Of a DNA stretch of 20,000 nucleotides, positions 1 through 8,997 are shown in pieces. The stretch spans positions 58,078-78,077 of the forward strand of contig JBDREC010000012.1 in NCBI GenBank assembly GCA_043820105.1. The letters are read 5' to 3'. The notes below the pieces were generated by a model. That model was not told where the DNA came from. It searched no databases and saw nothing but the letters and a program-made list of their open reading frames with translations. Origin of the DNA: Pseudomonadota bacterium. GTDB lineage: Bacteria > Bdellovibrionota_F > JAHFAK01 > JBDREC01. The number at the start of each line of letters is the position of its first letter. The stretch's first letter is position 1. The translations under genes were made by a program, and so were the position numbers.

Positions 1-120
1 GTAAATATTAATATTTATAAATAATTTTACTTAAAAAATCCAGTATTAATTAGTAAAATCTGCAATAAACGAGCCAAGAGACAGGGATTAAGGACTTTTC
101 CGCGGATTTGCATGTGAAAA

Positions 121-169
121 TGGTATTCGGTATTTGGTATTCTGTATTCAGTATTTAGTATTCAGTATT
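121..169. repeat. Degenerate heptamer tandem array (NNGTATT)x7
   Basis: Units read directly: TGGTATT CGGTATT TGGTATT CTGTATT CAGTATT TAGTATT CAGTATT. Confidence 0.9.
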
Positions 170-235
170 TTTTTAAGTTCAGTTTTAATTTATTATTATT
201 GAAATGAAATTATTTTCAAATGTAAAATATTTTGA

Positions 236-264
236 TTGATTATCAATTTTAATTTTGCTATAAT
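236..264 (+). promoter_or_regulatory. Putative sigma70 promoter (extended -10) for the lipoprotein gene
   Basis: TTGATT (236-241), 17-nt spacer, TATAAT (259-264) preceded by TGn. RBS AGGAG at 282-286 before ATG 293. Confidence 0.65.
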
Positions 265-292
265 TAACACATTGCATTAACAGGAGACCAAT

Positions 293-961
293 ATGAAGAA
301 AATATTTATTTTAAGCTTATCATTTATCTTTATTTTTGCTATTTTATCTTGCTCTTCTAAAAAGTCCTCAAAGGCTTCAAAAGGCGCTATTACAGACAAA
401 GACACAGCGATTAAAAAAGTTAAAACAATTCAAGGCAAAGAATTTGAAAAATATAGTGCTATAAAATCAGGCTGTGATAAAGGTAAAACAAAAGATGCCT
501 TTATTGAAGGCTTTTCTAGCAGTCCCCATGTTTCTATTTCTAAAGACCTAAAAGATAAAATTAGCGATGATGTTGCTGATGCTTTTGGCATTTCAAAAGA
601 ATGGTCTGCTGATCAGATTGTTGCCTTATGTGAACAAAACGATAAGAATCTAGCTGGTATTTTAATTAAAAGTAATAAAGAAGTTTTGCAAGTTATCGCT
701 GCCTATTGCATTGAAGCTGGAAATAAAAATGCATCTATTACAAATGAAGATATTGCAACTCGCTTAATTTCAGGAAACAATAACTTTACAAATATTAGCA
801 AGGAAAATATAATCGAAGCTCTTGGCAAGAACGGATATTCTGATCCAAAAACTGGTTGTGATAATAATCCTGAACTGGAAACAGTTAAACAGGGCAAAGG
901 CATGGCAGATGCAGCAGATGGAACTACACCAGATTGCACAGGTGGTTGTCCAAATCCCTAG
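293..961 (+). CDS. Hypothetical lipoprotein (222 aa)
   Basis: Basic N-terminus MKK, hydrophobic stretch and lipobox-like ILSC (Cys20), followed by a Ser/Lys linker. Good RBS. No recognisable family. Confidence 0.8.
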   Translation: MKKIFILSLSFIFIFAILSCSSKKSSKASKGAITDKDTAIKKVKTIQGKEFEKYSAIKSGCDKGKTKDAFIEGFSSSPHVSISKDLKDKISDDVADAFGISKEWSADQIVALCEQNDKNLAGILIKSNKEVLQVIAAYCIEAGNKNASITNEDIATRLISGNNNFTNISKENIIEALGKNGYSDPKTGCDNNPELETVKQGKGMADAADGTTPDCTGGCPNP

Positions 962-964
962 AAA

Positions 965-2431
965 TTACTTCTTCCAATAAACTGGAATAAATAAAAGTAT
1001 AAGCGTATAAATTTCAAGCCTACCAAGTAACATACACATAATTGAAATCCATTTTACAATAATTGGCAAAGCTGAGTAATTATCATGTGGACCAATAACT
1101 CCAAAACCAGGGCCTATGTTACCAATACTTGCTGCTACAATGCTTACTGAGCTTAAAATATCTATACCGTAGAATGAAATGATTAAGGCACAAAACATAG
1201 AAATCGCAAAATATAGAAAGAAAAATCCATATACTGATTCAATAACATCTTTTGAAACCATTTTATTATCTATCTTTACAGGAAAGACTCCATGTGGATG
1301 TATAAGTTTTTTAAGCTCTCTATATGCGAGTTTCAACAAGAGTAAAATTCTCAAACATTTTATTCCACCACCTGTTGAACCAGCACTTGCTCCTACAAAC
1401 ATCAGGGCAAAAAGAATAAACTTTGCAGAAGAACTCCATTCCTCAAAGTTTGCTGTAGAAAAACCAGTAGTTGTTAATATAGTAAGCACTTGAAACAAAC
1501 CATATCTTAAAGAGTCTGTAATAGAATTATAAATTCCATTAGTAAATAAAGATATTGTAATTAATAAAGTGAAAAAAAGTGTGATTCCAGTATAAAATTT
1601 AAACTCTTCATTATTTTTAAAAGGTTTTAAACTCCCTCGCAAAAGACTAAAGTGCAGTGAAAAGTTAACACCTGCCAAGTACATAAATGCTATTATTACA
1701 TAATGAATATATGCAGAATTATAATGTTCAATGCTTAGATTCTTTGTTGAAAAACCTCCTGTAGCTAGAGTTCCAAATGTGTGGCAAATTGAATCAAAGA
1801 TCTCCATGCCACCAAGGCTTAATAAAACTATTTCAGCTAAGGTTAAAAATAGATATATTAACCAAAGAACTTTAGCAGTATCTGCTATCTTTGGGAAAAG
1901 TTTATCAGTCACAGGAGAAGGGACTTCAGCTTTGTAAAGCTGCATGCCACCAACACCTAAAAGTGGCAAAACACACATTGATAAAAGAATGATGCCCATG
2001 CCACCTAGCCAATGAGTTAAACTTCTCCAAAACAAGATACCATGTGGCAGGTTTTCTATGGAGCTTATAACAGTAGCTCCTGTTGTAGTAAATCCTGAAA
2101 TAGATTCAAAAATAGAGTCAGTAAGGCTCATAAAAATGGAATCACCTGGAAAGATATTAAAAAGAAAATATGGTAATGAACCAAAAAATCCAGCTACAAA
2201 CCAGGCAAAGGCTACAAAAATAAAACCTTCTTTATGAGAAACCTCTCGTTTTTTGGTTCGTGTTATTAAAAAAAGAAGAATTGATAAGACTTCTGTAATC
2301 CCAATTGAATAAGCAAAAGCCCGGGCATCCCCTTCTCCATAAATTAATGAAACAATAAGGGGAATAATCATTACAAGTCCAAAAAAGAGGGTAAAGACTG
2401 ATAATAAATTTAATAAAAATTTTAATCTCAT
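965..2431 (-). CDS. trkH: Trk potassium uptake membrane protein TrkH
   Basis: Polytopic membrane protein with TrkH pore/filter motifs FESISGFTTTGAT, ATGGFS, TTTGF, GASAGSTGGGIK, IGNIGPGFG and LGRLE. Lies directly downstream of trkA. Confidence 0.97.
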   Translation of the reverse strand: MRLKFLLNLLSVFTLFFGLVMIIPLIVSLIYGEGDARAFAYSIGITEVLSILLFLITRTKKREVSHKEGFIFVAFAWFVAGFFGSLPYFLFNIFPGDSIFMSLTDSIFESISGFTTTGATVISSIENLPHGILFWRSLTHWLGGMGIILLSMCVLPLLGVGGMQLYKAEVPSPVTDKLFPKIADTAKVLWLIYLFLTLAEIVLLSLGGMEIFDSICHTFGTLATGGFSTKNLSIEHYNSAYIHYVIIAFMYLAGVNFSLHFSLLRGSLKPFKNNEEFKFYTGITLFFTLLITISLFTNGIYNSITDSLRYGLFQVLTILTTTGFSTANFEEWSSSAKFILFALMFVGASAGSTGGGIKCLRILLLLKLAYRELKKLIHPHGVFPVKIDNKMVSKDVIESVYGFFFLYFAISMFCALIISFYGIDILSSVSIVAASIGNIGPGFGVIGPHDNYSALPIIVKWISIMCMLLGRLEIYTLILLFIPVYWKK

Positions 2432-2436
2432 ACTAG

Positions 2437-3789
2437 TTAACGCTTTTGGATAATTTTTTCAATTAAAGATACAGCAGAAGTTAAGGCTATAATAAACACT
2501 TTATCTCCTGACCTAATAATATCATTTCCAGTTGGTATGATAATTTCTCCATTTCTTTCAATAGCTCCGATTAAGGAACCCTTTGGAAATTTTATTTCCA
2601 TTAATGGTTTATTAATAATTGGAGAATCATCAAGAGCTACAAATTCAATAGCTTCAGCCATTTCACCTCTTATTTCCGTTACAGATAAAATAATACCCTT
2701 TCTTACAAATTGCAATATACTTGAAGCTGCCATCATTCTTGGACTAATGATTACATCAACACCAGCTGCAGAAATTACTGGAGCAAATTCCATTCTATTA
2801 ACAATTGAAATAACCCTTTTAACTCCCATATTTTTTGCCTGCATTGAAGAAAGAATATTAGTGCTTTCATCATCAGTAGCTGCAACAAAAACATCTACAT
2901 CCGCAATGTTTTCTTCTTCTAAAATTGACTTGTCAGTAGCATCAGCACAAATAACAACGGACTTATTTAAATATTCAGCGGTTGTTGCGCATTTTTCATA
3001 ATCTTTTTCAAGCATCTTAACATCAATGTTTGCTGCTTCAAGTTTGCGAGCTAAGTTAATCGCCATATTTCCTGTTCCTGCTATCATTACTTTTTTAGTG
3101 ACAGGATAGTCTTCATACCCAAAAAAGGACATTATTTTTTTAAGTTTTGAAGGCTCCAAAACAATATAGATTGTATCGTGTTTTTTTATAACAGCATCGC
3201 CTCTTGGAATGATGACTTTATTACCACGAACGATTGAAGTAATTAATATTTTTTCTGTTCCAGCTTGCTTGAAAAAGTCAGAAAGTTTTTTGCCAATTAT
3301 TTTATTATTAGGTTGAATGTGAAAAGCAACCAGCTTAATTTTACCTTTTGCAAAATCAACTACTTCAGTTGAACCAGGGATTTGAATTATTTTAAAGATA
3401 CTTTCAGAGGCTACTTGCTCAGGATTAATGCAAAAATCAAGACCATAGCTTTGTTTTGCTGAATCAAAAACCTTTGCAAGTTCATTGTTTCTAATTCTTG
3501 CAATTTTTATGATTTCAGGATTTGCAATATGGGCTATAAAAGATGCAACAATGTTAACTTCATCTGAGTTCGCAACGCAAATAAGCATTTCCGCGGACTC
3601 AATTCCTGCTTCTTTTAAAACTGCAGGATTGGAACCACTTCCTAAAATTATTTGAGCATCAATTTCTTCAGCAAATTTTTTAACTTTTTCAGGATCAAAT
3701 TCCACAATTACAACATCTTTATTTTCCTGAACAAGCCTTTTTGCAATGTTGAAGCCTACTTCGCCTCCTCCAACGATAACAATTTTCAT
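2437..3789 (-). CDS. trkA: Trk potassium uptake NAD-binding subunit TrkA (two RCK modules)
   Basis: N-terminal MKIVIVGGGEVG Rossmann motif, second nucleotide-binding motif MIAGTGNMA and TrkA-C domains (IIPRGD, IIPTGND). 450 aa is typical. Confidence 0.97.
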   Translation of the reverse strand: MKIVIVGGGEVGFNIAKRLVQENKDVVIVEFDPEKVKKFAEEIDAQIILGSGSNPAVLKEAGIESAEMLICVANSDEVNIVASFIAHIANPEIIKIARIRNNELAKVFDSAKQSYGLDFCINPEQVASESIFKIIQIPGSTEVVDFAKGKIKLVAFHIQPNNKIIGKKLSDFFKQAGTEKILITSIVRGNKVIIPRGDAVIKKHDTIYIVLEPSKLKKIMSFFGYEDYPVTKKVMIAGTGNMAINLARKLEAANIDVKMLEKDYEKCATTAEYLNKSVVICADATDKSILEEENIADVDVFVAATDDESTNILSSMQAKNMGVKRVISIVNRMEFAPVISAAGVDVIISPRMMAASSILQFVRKGIILSVTEIRGEMAEAIEFVALDDSPIINKPLMEIKFPKGSLIGAIERNGEIIIPTGNDIIRSGDKVFIIALTSAVSLIEKIIQKR

Positions 3790-3803
3790 GTATTTTCCTT
3801 ATT

Positions 3804-4352
3804 TTATTCGTAAGTAACTGAAATCCCTAAATCATACTTTTCATTCCATTTTTCAAGATCTTGTTTTATCTCATTATAAACAGTTCTGTCATAGGTAATG
3901 AAAATTAGGGTAGGAATTTTATTTGTTTCTGATTCTAAAAGCAAATTAGAAGTTAACCTACCTACAGAATCTACAACTTTTGATACATCAACATGAGCAG
4001 AAAGAAATTGCTCAGGTGCTATGGCCACTGAGGTTTTCATAATAGATGGAAGGGATTCGTTTAGTATATCAAATACATTTTTCAAAGAACCTGTGCCAAA
4101 ATTTTTCTTTAAACCAAGGCCAATTAAAATAATATTTTTCCCTCCAATTTTGGAGATATTTCCAAATAACAGCTTTTCACCAAGTTCACCTGAAAAACTA
4201 TTTTTTTCAATAAGCTTTGAGATTCTTCCACTTAGCTTCCAGTCAATTAGTCCTGTGATGCGAGAAAGGGGTCGTTCATCTTTGAAAACTGGGACTATAA
4301 AAACATCACAGTTAGCAGCTCTCAAGGCTTTATGAATTATTTTTACTTTCAT
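3804..4352 (-). CDS. Stand-alone peptidase M17 (leucyl aminopeptidase) N-terminal-domain-like protein, no catalytic domain
   Basis: Motifs VPVFKDERPL, IDWKLSGRIS..I....FSGELGEKLL and IILIGLG resemble the M17 N-terminal domain. Only 182 aa, with no M17 catalytic motifs (KG.TFD, NTDAEGR). Overlaps the nusB 3' end by 23 bp. Confidence 0.7.
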   Translation of the reverse strand: MKVKIIHKALRAANCDVFIVPVFKDERPLSRITGLIDWKLSGRISKLIEKNSFSGELGEKLLFGNISKIGGKNIILIGLGLKKNFGTGSLKNVFDILNESLPSIMKTSVAIAPEQFLSAHVDVSKVVDSVGRLTSNLLLESETNKIPTLIFITYDRTVYNEIKQDLEKWNEKYDLGISVTYE

Positions 4353-4752
4353 TTTCTTTGTTTTTTCTTATTGAATCTAATATGCCATTAATAAAATTTG
4401 GGGACTCATCAGGTGAATATCGTTTTGCAATCTCTACTGCTTCGTTAATAGCAACCTTGGCTGGAATACTAACATCAAAACAAATTTCGTAAGTTGCAAT
4501 TTGAAGAATAATCCTATCTGTAGCAGGCAATCTTTCAAGTTTCCACTTCCTTAAATTCACTTTAATTAGTTCATCAATCTCAGCTTTATTAGAGATTATA
4601 CCTTTTAAAAGGGATTCTAAGTATTCCTGATCAAGCCTTATTTCCTGGAAATGTTTGATATGATCATTAATCACCTCTTTAATTTCCTGTTTATTAGTAT
4701 CTAAAGAATACAATATTTTTAAAGCTATTTCACGGCTTTTTCTTCTTAGCAA
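4330..4752 (-). CDS. nusB: Transcription antitermination factor NusB
   Basis: RRKSREIALKILY, WKLERL...DR.IL, P.KVAINEAVEIAKRY and FINGILD motifs. TTG start with AAGGA RBS. Canonical position after ribH. Confidence 0.96.
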   Translation of the reverse strand: MLRRKSREIALKILYSLDTNKQEIKEVINDHIKHFQEIRLDQEYLESLLKGIISNKAEIDELIKVNLRKWKLERLPATDRIILQIATYEICFDVSIPAKVAINEAVEIAKRYSPDESPNFINGILDSIRKNKENESKNNS

Positions 4753-4766
4753 AATTCTTTCCTTTT

Positions 4767-5237
4767 TTAGATCTTTTTAAATAGATCCGCCATTTCGATT
4801 GCACTCATTGCAGCTTCAAAACCTTTGTTTCCATGTTTTGAGCCAGCTCTTTCAATAGCCTGTTCAAGTGTATCAGGAGTTAGAATACCAAAAGAAACAG
4901 GAACACCAGTTTCAAGCATTATTTGAGCTACACCCTTTGTAACTTCAGAACTAATATACTCATTGTGCGATGTATTACCTTTGATTACTGAACCAAGACA
5001 AATAATAGCATCAAGTTCACTTGTTGTCGCCATTTTCTTTAAAGCAACAGGTATCTCAAAAGCTCCGGGAACCTTAACAATTTTAATATCACTTTCGATT
5101 ACTCCAGTTCTTTTAAGTGCATCTAAGGCTCCTTCCAAGAGTTTATCAGTAATGAATGAATTAAACCTTGAAAAAACTATACCAATTTTTTTTCCTTTAC
5201 CTTGTAAAGAACCTTCATATATTTTTAGGTTTGACAT
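4767..5237 (-). CDS. ribH: 6,7-dimethyl-8-ribityllumazine synthase
   Basis: [28 protein letters not shown] and [15 protein letters not shown] motifs. RBS AAGGAG at 5244-5249. Confidence 0.97.
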   Translation of the reverse strand: MSNLKIYEGSLQGKGKKIGIVFSRFNSFITDKLLEGALDALKRTGVIESDIKIVKVPGAFEIPVALKKMATTSELDAIICLGSVIKGNTSHNEYISSEVTKGVAQIMLETGVPVSFGILTPDTLEQAIERAGSKHGNKGFEAAMSAIEMADLFKKI

Positions 5238-5251
5238 AGGGTACTCCTTAA

Positions 5252-5286
5252 CAGCTATCAGCCTTCAGCTATCAGCCTTCAGCTTA
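5252..5286. repeat. Heptamer tandem array CAGCTAT/CAGCCTT x5 in the ribB-ribH gap
   Basis: CAGCTAT CAGCCTT CAGCTAT CAGCCTT CAGCTTA read directly; it has a 14-bp higher-order period. Confidence 0.9.
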
Positions 5287-5295
5287 TTATTTTAA

Positions 5296-6438
5296 TCAAA
5301 TAACACCTTTTGCTTCGCTTGCCTCATGGTCTTTTGCAATGTGCAGAAGTGGTGATCTTTTTTCTATTTTTATTCCATAGGCATTTAAGCCAACAATCTT
5401 TCCTGGATTTGATGATAATAAATGCATCTTATGCACATTAAGATCAAGTAATATTTGTGCTCCAATTCCAATTTGCCTCATATTACTTGTTTGAAAGTCT
5501 GCATCATTAAAAGTCTGAGGCTTTAAAGAAGCACATTCAAAATTAGTTTTTTCATTTAAGCCTTTAGGTTTTCTAAGATAAATTATTACTCCCTGACCGT
5601 GCTGGGAAATATATTCCAAAGATCTTTTTAGCCTTCTTCCACAGCTACAACTTTCATCACCAAAAACATCGCTTAATAAACATTCTGAAGCAACTCTGAC
5701 TGGCACAGTATCATTTGAATTAATTTCTCCTTTAACAAAGGCAAGATGGTCGCATTCATCGATCAAATTTCTATAAGTAAACATCTTAAAAGAACCTAAA
5801 TTATTTAGTATGAGTTCTTTTTCATTTATCCTTTTTATTAGAATTTCAGTTCTCAAACGATATTCAATAAGCTGTTCAATGGTAACAATTGGAATATTGA
5901 ATTTTTTAGAAAACTTTTGAAGATCAGGCATTCTAGCCATTTCTCCATCATCATTCATTATTTCACAAATTACAGCCGCCTCTTTTAAACCTGAAAGTCT
6001 AGCTAAATCAACTGAACCCTCTGTTTGACCTCCACGAACTAAAACTCCTCCTTCTCTGGCAATTAAGGGAAAAACATGGCCAGGTCTAGCCAAATCAGAA
6101 GCTTTAGCATCATCATTAATAGCAGTTAAAATCGTAGTTGCCCTGTCTTTGGCTGAAATGCCTGTTGTTACACCTTTTTTTGCTTCAATTGAAACAGTAA
6201 AAGCGGTTTTAAAACTTGAGGTGTTGTCTTGTACCATTGGTTTAAGATCAAGCTTTTCACATTTTGCTTTTGTCATAGCGAGGCAGATTAAGCCCCTGCC
6301 ATGCTTAGCCATAAAATTAATTTTTTCAGGGCTTGTTTTTTCAGCAGCAAAAACAAGATCTCCTTCATTTTCACGATTTTCATCATCAACAAGTATGAGC
6401 ATATTTCCTATGGCGAAATGCTTAAATATTTCTTTCAT
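5296..6438 (-). CDS. ribB: 3,4-dihydroxy-2-butanone-4-phosphate synthase fused to a degenerate GTP cyclohydrolase II-like domain (RibBA/RibBX type)
   Basis: Intact RibB motifs DDENRENEGDL, GLIC, TAFTVSIEA, TTGISA.DR, RPGHVFPL and CEIMNDDG.MAR. The C-terminal RibA-like domain has RVASEC..CSCG and GIGAQIL but lacks QEGRGIG. Confidence 0.93.
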   Translation of the reverse strand: MKEIFKHFAIGNMLILVDDENRENEGDLVFAAEKTSPEKINFMAKHGRGLICLAMTKAKCEKLDLKPMVQDNTSSFKTAFTVSIEAKKGVTTGISAKDRATTILTAINDDAKASDLARPGHVFPLIAREGGVLVRGGQTEGSVDLARLSGLKEAAVICEIMNDDGEMARMPDLQKFSKKFNIPIVTIEQLIEYRLRTEILIKRINEKELILNNLGSFKMFTYRNLIDECDHLAFVKGEINSNDTVPVRVASECLLSDVFGDESCSCGRRLKRSLEYISQHGQGVIIYLRKPKGLNEKTNFECASLKPQTFNDADFQTSNMRQIGIGAQILLDLNVHKMHLLSSNPGKIVGLNAYGIKIEKRSPLLHIAKDHEASEAKGVI

Positions 6439-7094
6439 TACATAAACCCGTTTTCTTTTAGAAATGAATTAGTAATCTTTGTTTCATAATTATCTTTTGA
6501 ATTAATCTTTTTACGAAGCATGTTTTCAACATATTTACCTAGAATGTCGAATTCTATATTAAAAAGATCGCTAATTTTTTTATTTTTTAAAATAGTTTTT
6601 TGATATGTGTATTTTAAAATAAAAACATTAAACCAATTTTCTTGGTTTTCATTAATTGTAAGTGAAATTCCATCAAGAGCAATGGATCCTTTATCAACTA
6701 TATATTTAGTAAATTCAATCGGAACTTCAATTTTTAAAATAAATCCTGAACCAACTTTTTCAAAATTGATCAGTTTTCCAACACAATCAACATGGCCTAG
6801 AACAAAATGACCTCCAATAGGCTTTGAAGCAGTAAGACTTTTTTCAAGATTCACTTTATCATTAGACTTAATAGATAAAAGAGTTGTTTTTGATAAAGAT
6901 TCAGATGAGACTTCAAATAAAGCCTGATTTTTAGTCTTTTCAATAATGGTTAGACAAATTCCATTAATAGCAATTGAGTCACCATTGTTTGAATCATCAA
7001 AAAAACCTTCAGCTTGTATTGAAATCTTTAGAGCATCTTTGTTTTTTCCAGTGCTGTTTATTGTTCCAATATTTTCAACTAAACCAGTAAACAT
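6438..7094 (-). CDS. ribE: Riboflavin synthase (alpha chain; RibE/RibC nomenclature)
   Basis: Canonical N-terminus MFTGLVE places the start at 7094 rather than the ORF-track 7103. Motifs GDSIAINGICLT, VNLEKS, GGHFVLGHVD, KGSIALDGISLT and NIEFD. Stop overlaps the ribB start. Confidence 0.96.
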   Translation of the reverse strand: MFTGLVENIGTINSTGKNKDALKISIQAEGFFDDSNNGDSIAINGICLTIIEKTKNQALFEVSSESLSKTTLLSIKSNDKVNLEKSLTASKPIGGHFVLGHVDCVGKLINFEKVGSGFILKIEVPIEFTKYIVDKGSIALDGISLTINENQENWFNVFILKYTYQKTILKNKKISDLFNIEFDILGKYVENMLRKKINSKDNYETKITNSFLKENGFM

Positions 7095-7170
7095 AAAATT
7101 CATCCATTGTATTTTCTATATCACAATTACAGTGATGTTTCTTGAGGTACAGCCTTTAATACTATTAAAA

Positions 7171-8217
7171 CTAAAAATCAATTTTTATTTCTTTATTTTC
7201 GTCTTTAGCCATAGATATATATTTGTTTTTATTAACATTATCCTCAATGGCTGCATAACACCTTGCAATACCTATAAGACTTTCAGCTCGTCTTTCATTA
7301 CTTTTTGATAGCTTTAAAGATAAATCATAATAATTCTTAGCACTCTGATAGTCTTTTTTAGTAATTTTGATCTGGGCCATTATTGCATGTGCCTTATACT
7401 TTTGGGGATCAATTTTGAGAGCTTCATTTATATAGACTTCTGCTTTATCAAGTTCATTTTGGGCTAAATAAATTCTTCCAAGCATTAGTCTTGAAATAAG
7501 ATTCTTTGGATATTTTTCTTTTATTAAATTAAAATGAATTTCTGCTTGTTTGTATTTTTCCTCGCAGAAATATAAATATGCAAGCATTAAGCGTGAAGGA
7601 TCCTTTGCCATGAGACTCATGTTTGTAGATGACCTCAGCTGATCAAAACCTACATCTCTGTTGCCTATTTGAAATGGAAACCACCATGTTTTACTTGAAA
7701 GCGTGTCACTATAATAATTATATATTCCAAGCCCTAATAAAGCATCAAATTTCTTTGGATCAAGCTTGTGAGCTTCCTTTAAAAGCTCAACACCATGATA
7801 GCCGACTTTTAAAGCTTCAATATTTTCATGTTTTCTTAGGTAATGAAGCCCCTTTATTCCATAAAAGGCGCCAGCAAAAAGTTTTGTCCAAAAATATTTT
7901 TTTGTTTCGATTTTTTTAGTAATCTTTTCAGCTCTTTTTAAATATGCATTAAATACATCATCTAAATAAAAATCATCATTATCAACCATTTGAGATTCAA
8001 AAATAATTAAAAAACAAAGATTTCCAATTGGAGATTTTGGATATTTCTTATTAATTTCCTTGCAAATAAAGCCAGCTTGTTCATATTCTAGATCAAAAAC
8101 ATACTTTTCAGCGCTAAGTACTTTTTGAACAAGATCATCAGGCAAATTAATTAAATAATCTTGAGCAATAATATTAAAAGAAATAAGGGTAATGATCAGA
8201 AATATAATTTTTTTCAT
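7171..8217 (-). CDS. Exported tetratricopeptide-repeat (TPR) protein
   Basis: Signal peptide MKKIIFLIITLISFNIIA. TPR-like helices (A.KLDP...DALLGLG, LGRIYLAQNELDKAE..INEALKIDP, A..YY..SL.L). Confidence 0.8.
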   Translation of the reverse strand: MKKIIFLIITLISFNIIAQDYLINLPDDLVQKVLSAEKYVFDLEYEQAGFICKEINKKYPKSPIGNLCFLIIFESQMVDNDDFYLDDVFNAYLKRAEKITKKIETKKYFWTKLFAGAFYGIKGLHYLRKHENIEALKVGYHGVELLKEAHKLDPKKFDALLGLGIYNYYSDTLSSKTWWFPFQIGNRDVGFDQLRSSTNMSLMAKDPSRLMLAYLYFCEEKYKQAEIHFNLIKEKYPKNLISRLMLGRIYLAQNELDKAEVYINEALKIDPQKYKAHAIMAQIKITKKDYQSAKNYYDLSLKLSKSNERRAESLIGIARCYAAIEDNVNKNKYISMAKDENKEIKIDF

Positions 8218-8313
8218 ATAGATTAATTTTTTGAAATAAATTTTTCATAGAAATCAAGATTTTAAGTATAATGTCAAGGATTTATTAATAATAATACAAA
8301 TTAGAATATTTTT

Positions 8314-8337
8314 TCATTCCCGTTACCGTTACCGATT
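8314..8337. repeat. Short degenerate hexamer array (CCGTTA-like)
   Basis: TCATTC CCGTTA CCGTTA CCGATT, relatively GC-rich within an AT-rich intergenic gap. Confidence 0.5.
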
Positions 8338-8384
8338 TCTTACATTGATTATTGAGAATTGATTGGGGAGGAAGAAGAAAAGAC

Positions 8385-8858
8385 CTAAATATTTATAACT
8401 TCTGGATTACCCACAATTGTATCTAAGATAACTGCTGTTGATTTGCCGCCTACCCATGCTGATAAATCACCTGGGTTTATTAAAAATCCAAAAGGTGTGT
8501 CTTTTACTTCAAGTTGATGTGTATGACCGCAAATTATAAAGTCTGATTTAATTCCAATAGAGTTTACATTTGAATAATCATGAGTTAATAAAAACTTTTT
8601 ACCATCTAAATCAAACCAATGTGGGGCTTTGTATACTTTTCCTGGAGCCATTAATGATAAAGCAGCTTTATCACCATCATTATTTCCAAAAACTCCTACA
8701 AATCTAAAATCTTCATTAATGAATTTTGAAAGGGCAAAAGGTGAAATAAAATCACCAGCGTGTAAAATTGTTTCAACGTTTCTTTCTTTAAAAATTTGCA
8801 AAACTTTTCTAATATTATCTAAATGATCATGTGAGTCAGCAACAATACCAACAATCAT
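8385..8858 (-). CDS. Metallophosphoesterase, YfcE/MJ0936 family
   Basis: Calcineurin-like motifs DSH, HAGD, GNND, TH, GHTH and INPG. 157 aa. Confidence 0.92.
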   Translation of the reverse strand: MIVGIVADSHDHLDNIRKVLQIFKERNVETILHAGDFISPFALSKFINEDFRFVGVFGNNDGDKAALSLMAPGKVYKAPHWFDLDGKKFLLTHDYSNVNSIGIKSDFIICGHTHQLEVKDTPFGFLINPGDLSAWVGGKSTAVILDTIVGNPEVINI

Positions 8859-8937
8859 AGTGTCTTCCTTTTTCCTTAGTGCAATTTATTCATAATTAAC
8901 TTAAACAAATTGAATGTCAAAATAATTAAAAAAGATA

Positions 8938-8966
8938 TTGTCAAAAAGATAAGTTTAAATTATTAT
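8938..8966 (+). promoter_or_regulatory. Putative sigma70 promoter for the M28-POP pair
   Basis: TTGTCA (8938-8943), 17-nt spacer, TATTAT (8961-8966). The AT-rich background lowers specificity. Confidence 0.5.
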
Positions 8967-8997
8967 TATGAAAATAAAATAAAAGGAAAAAGAAAAA

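Noticed and set aside
81-88. ACAGGGAT match to the candidate sRNA seed upstream of the lipoprotein
   Set aside because: Only 8 nt, and it lies upstream of the predicted promoter, so it is probably not in that mRNA.
7095-7170. FMN riboswitch upstream of the rib genes
   Set aside because: The gap is only 76 bp and has no RFN consensus. Only a small ATCAC/GTGAT hairpin is present.
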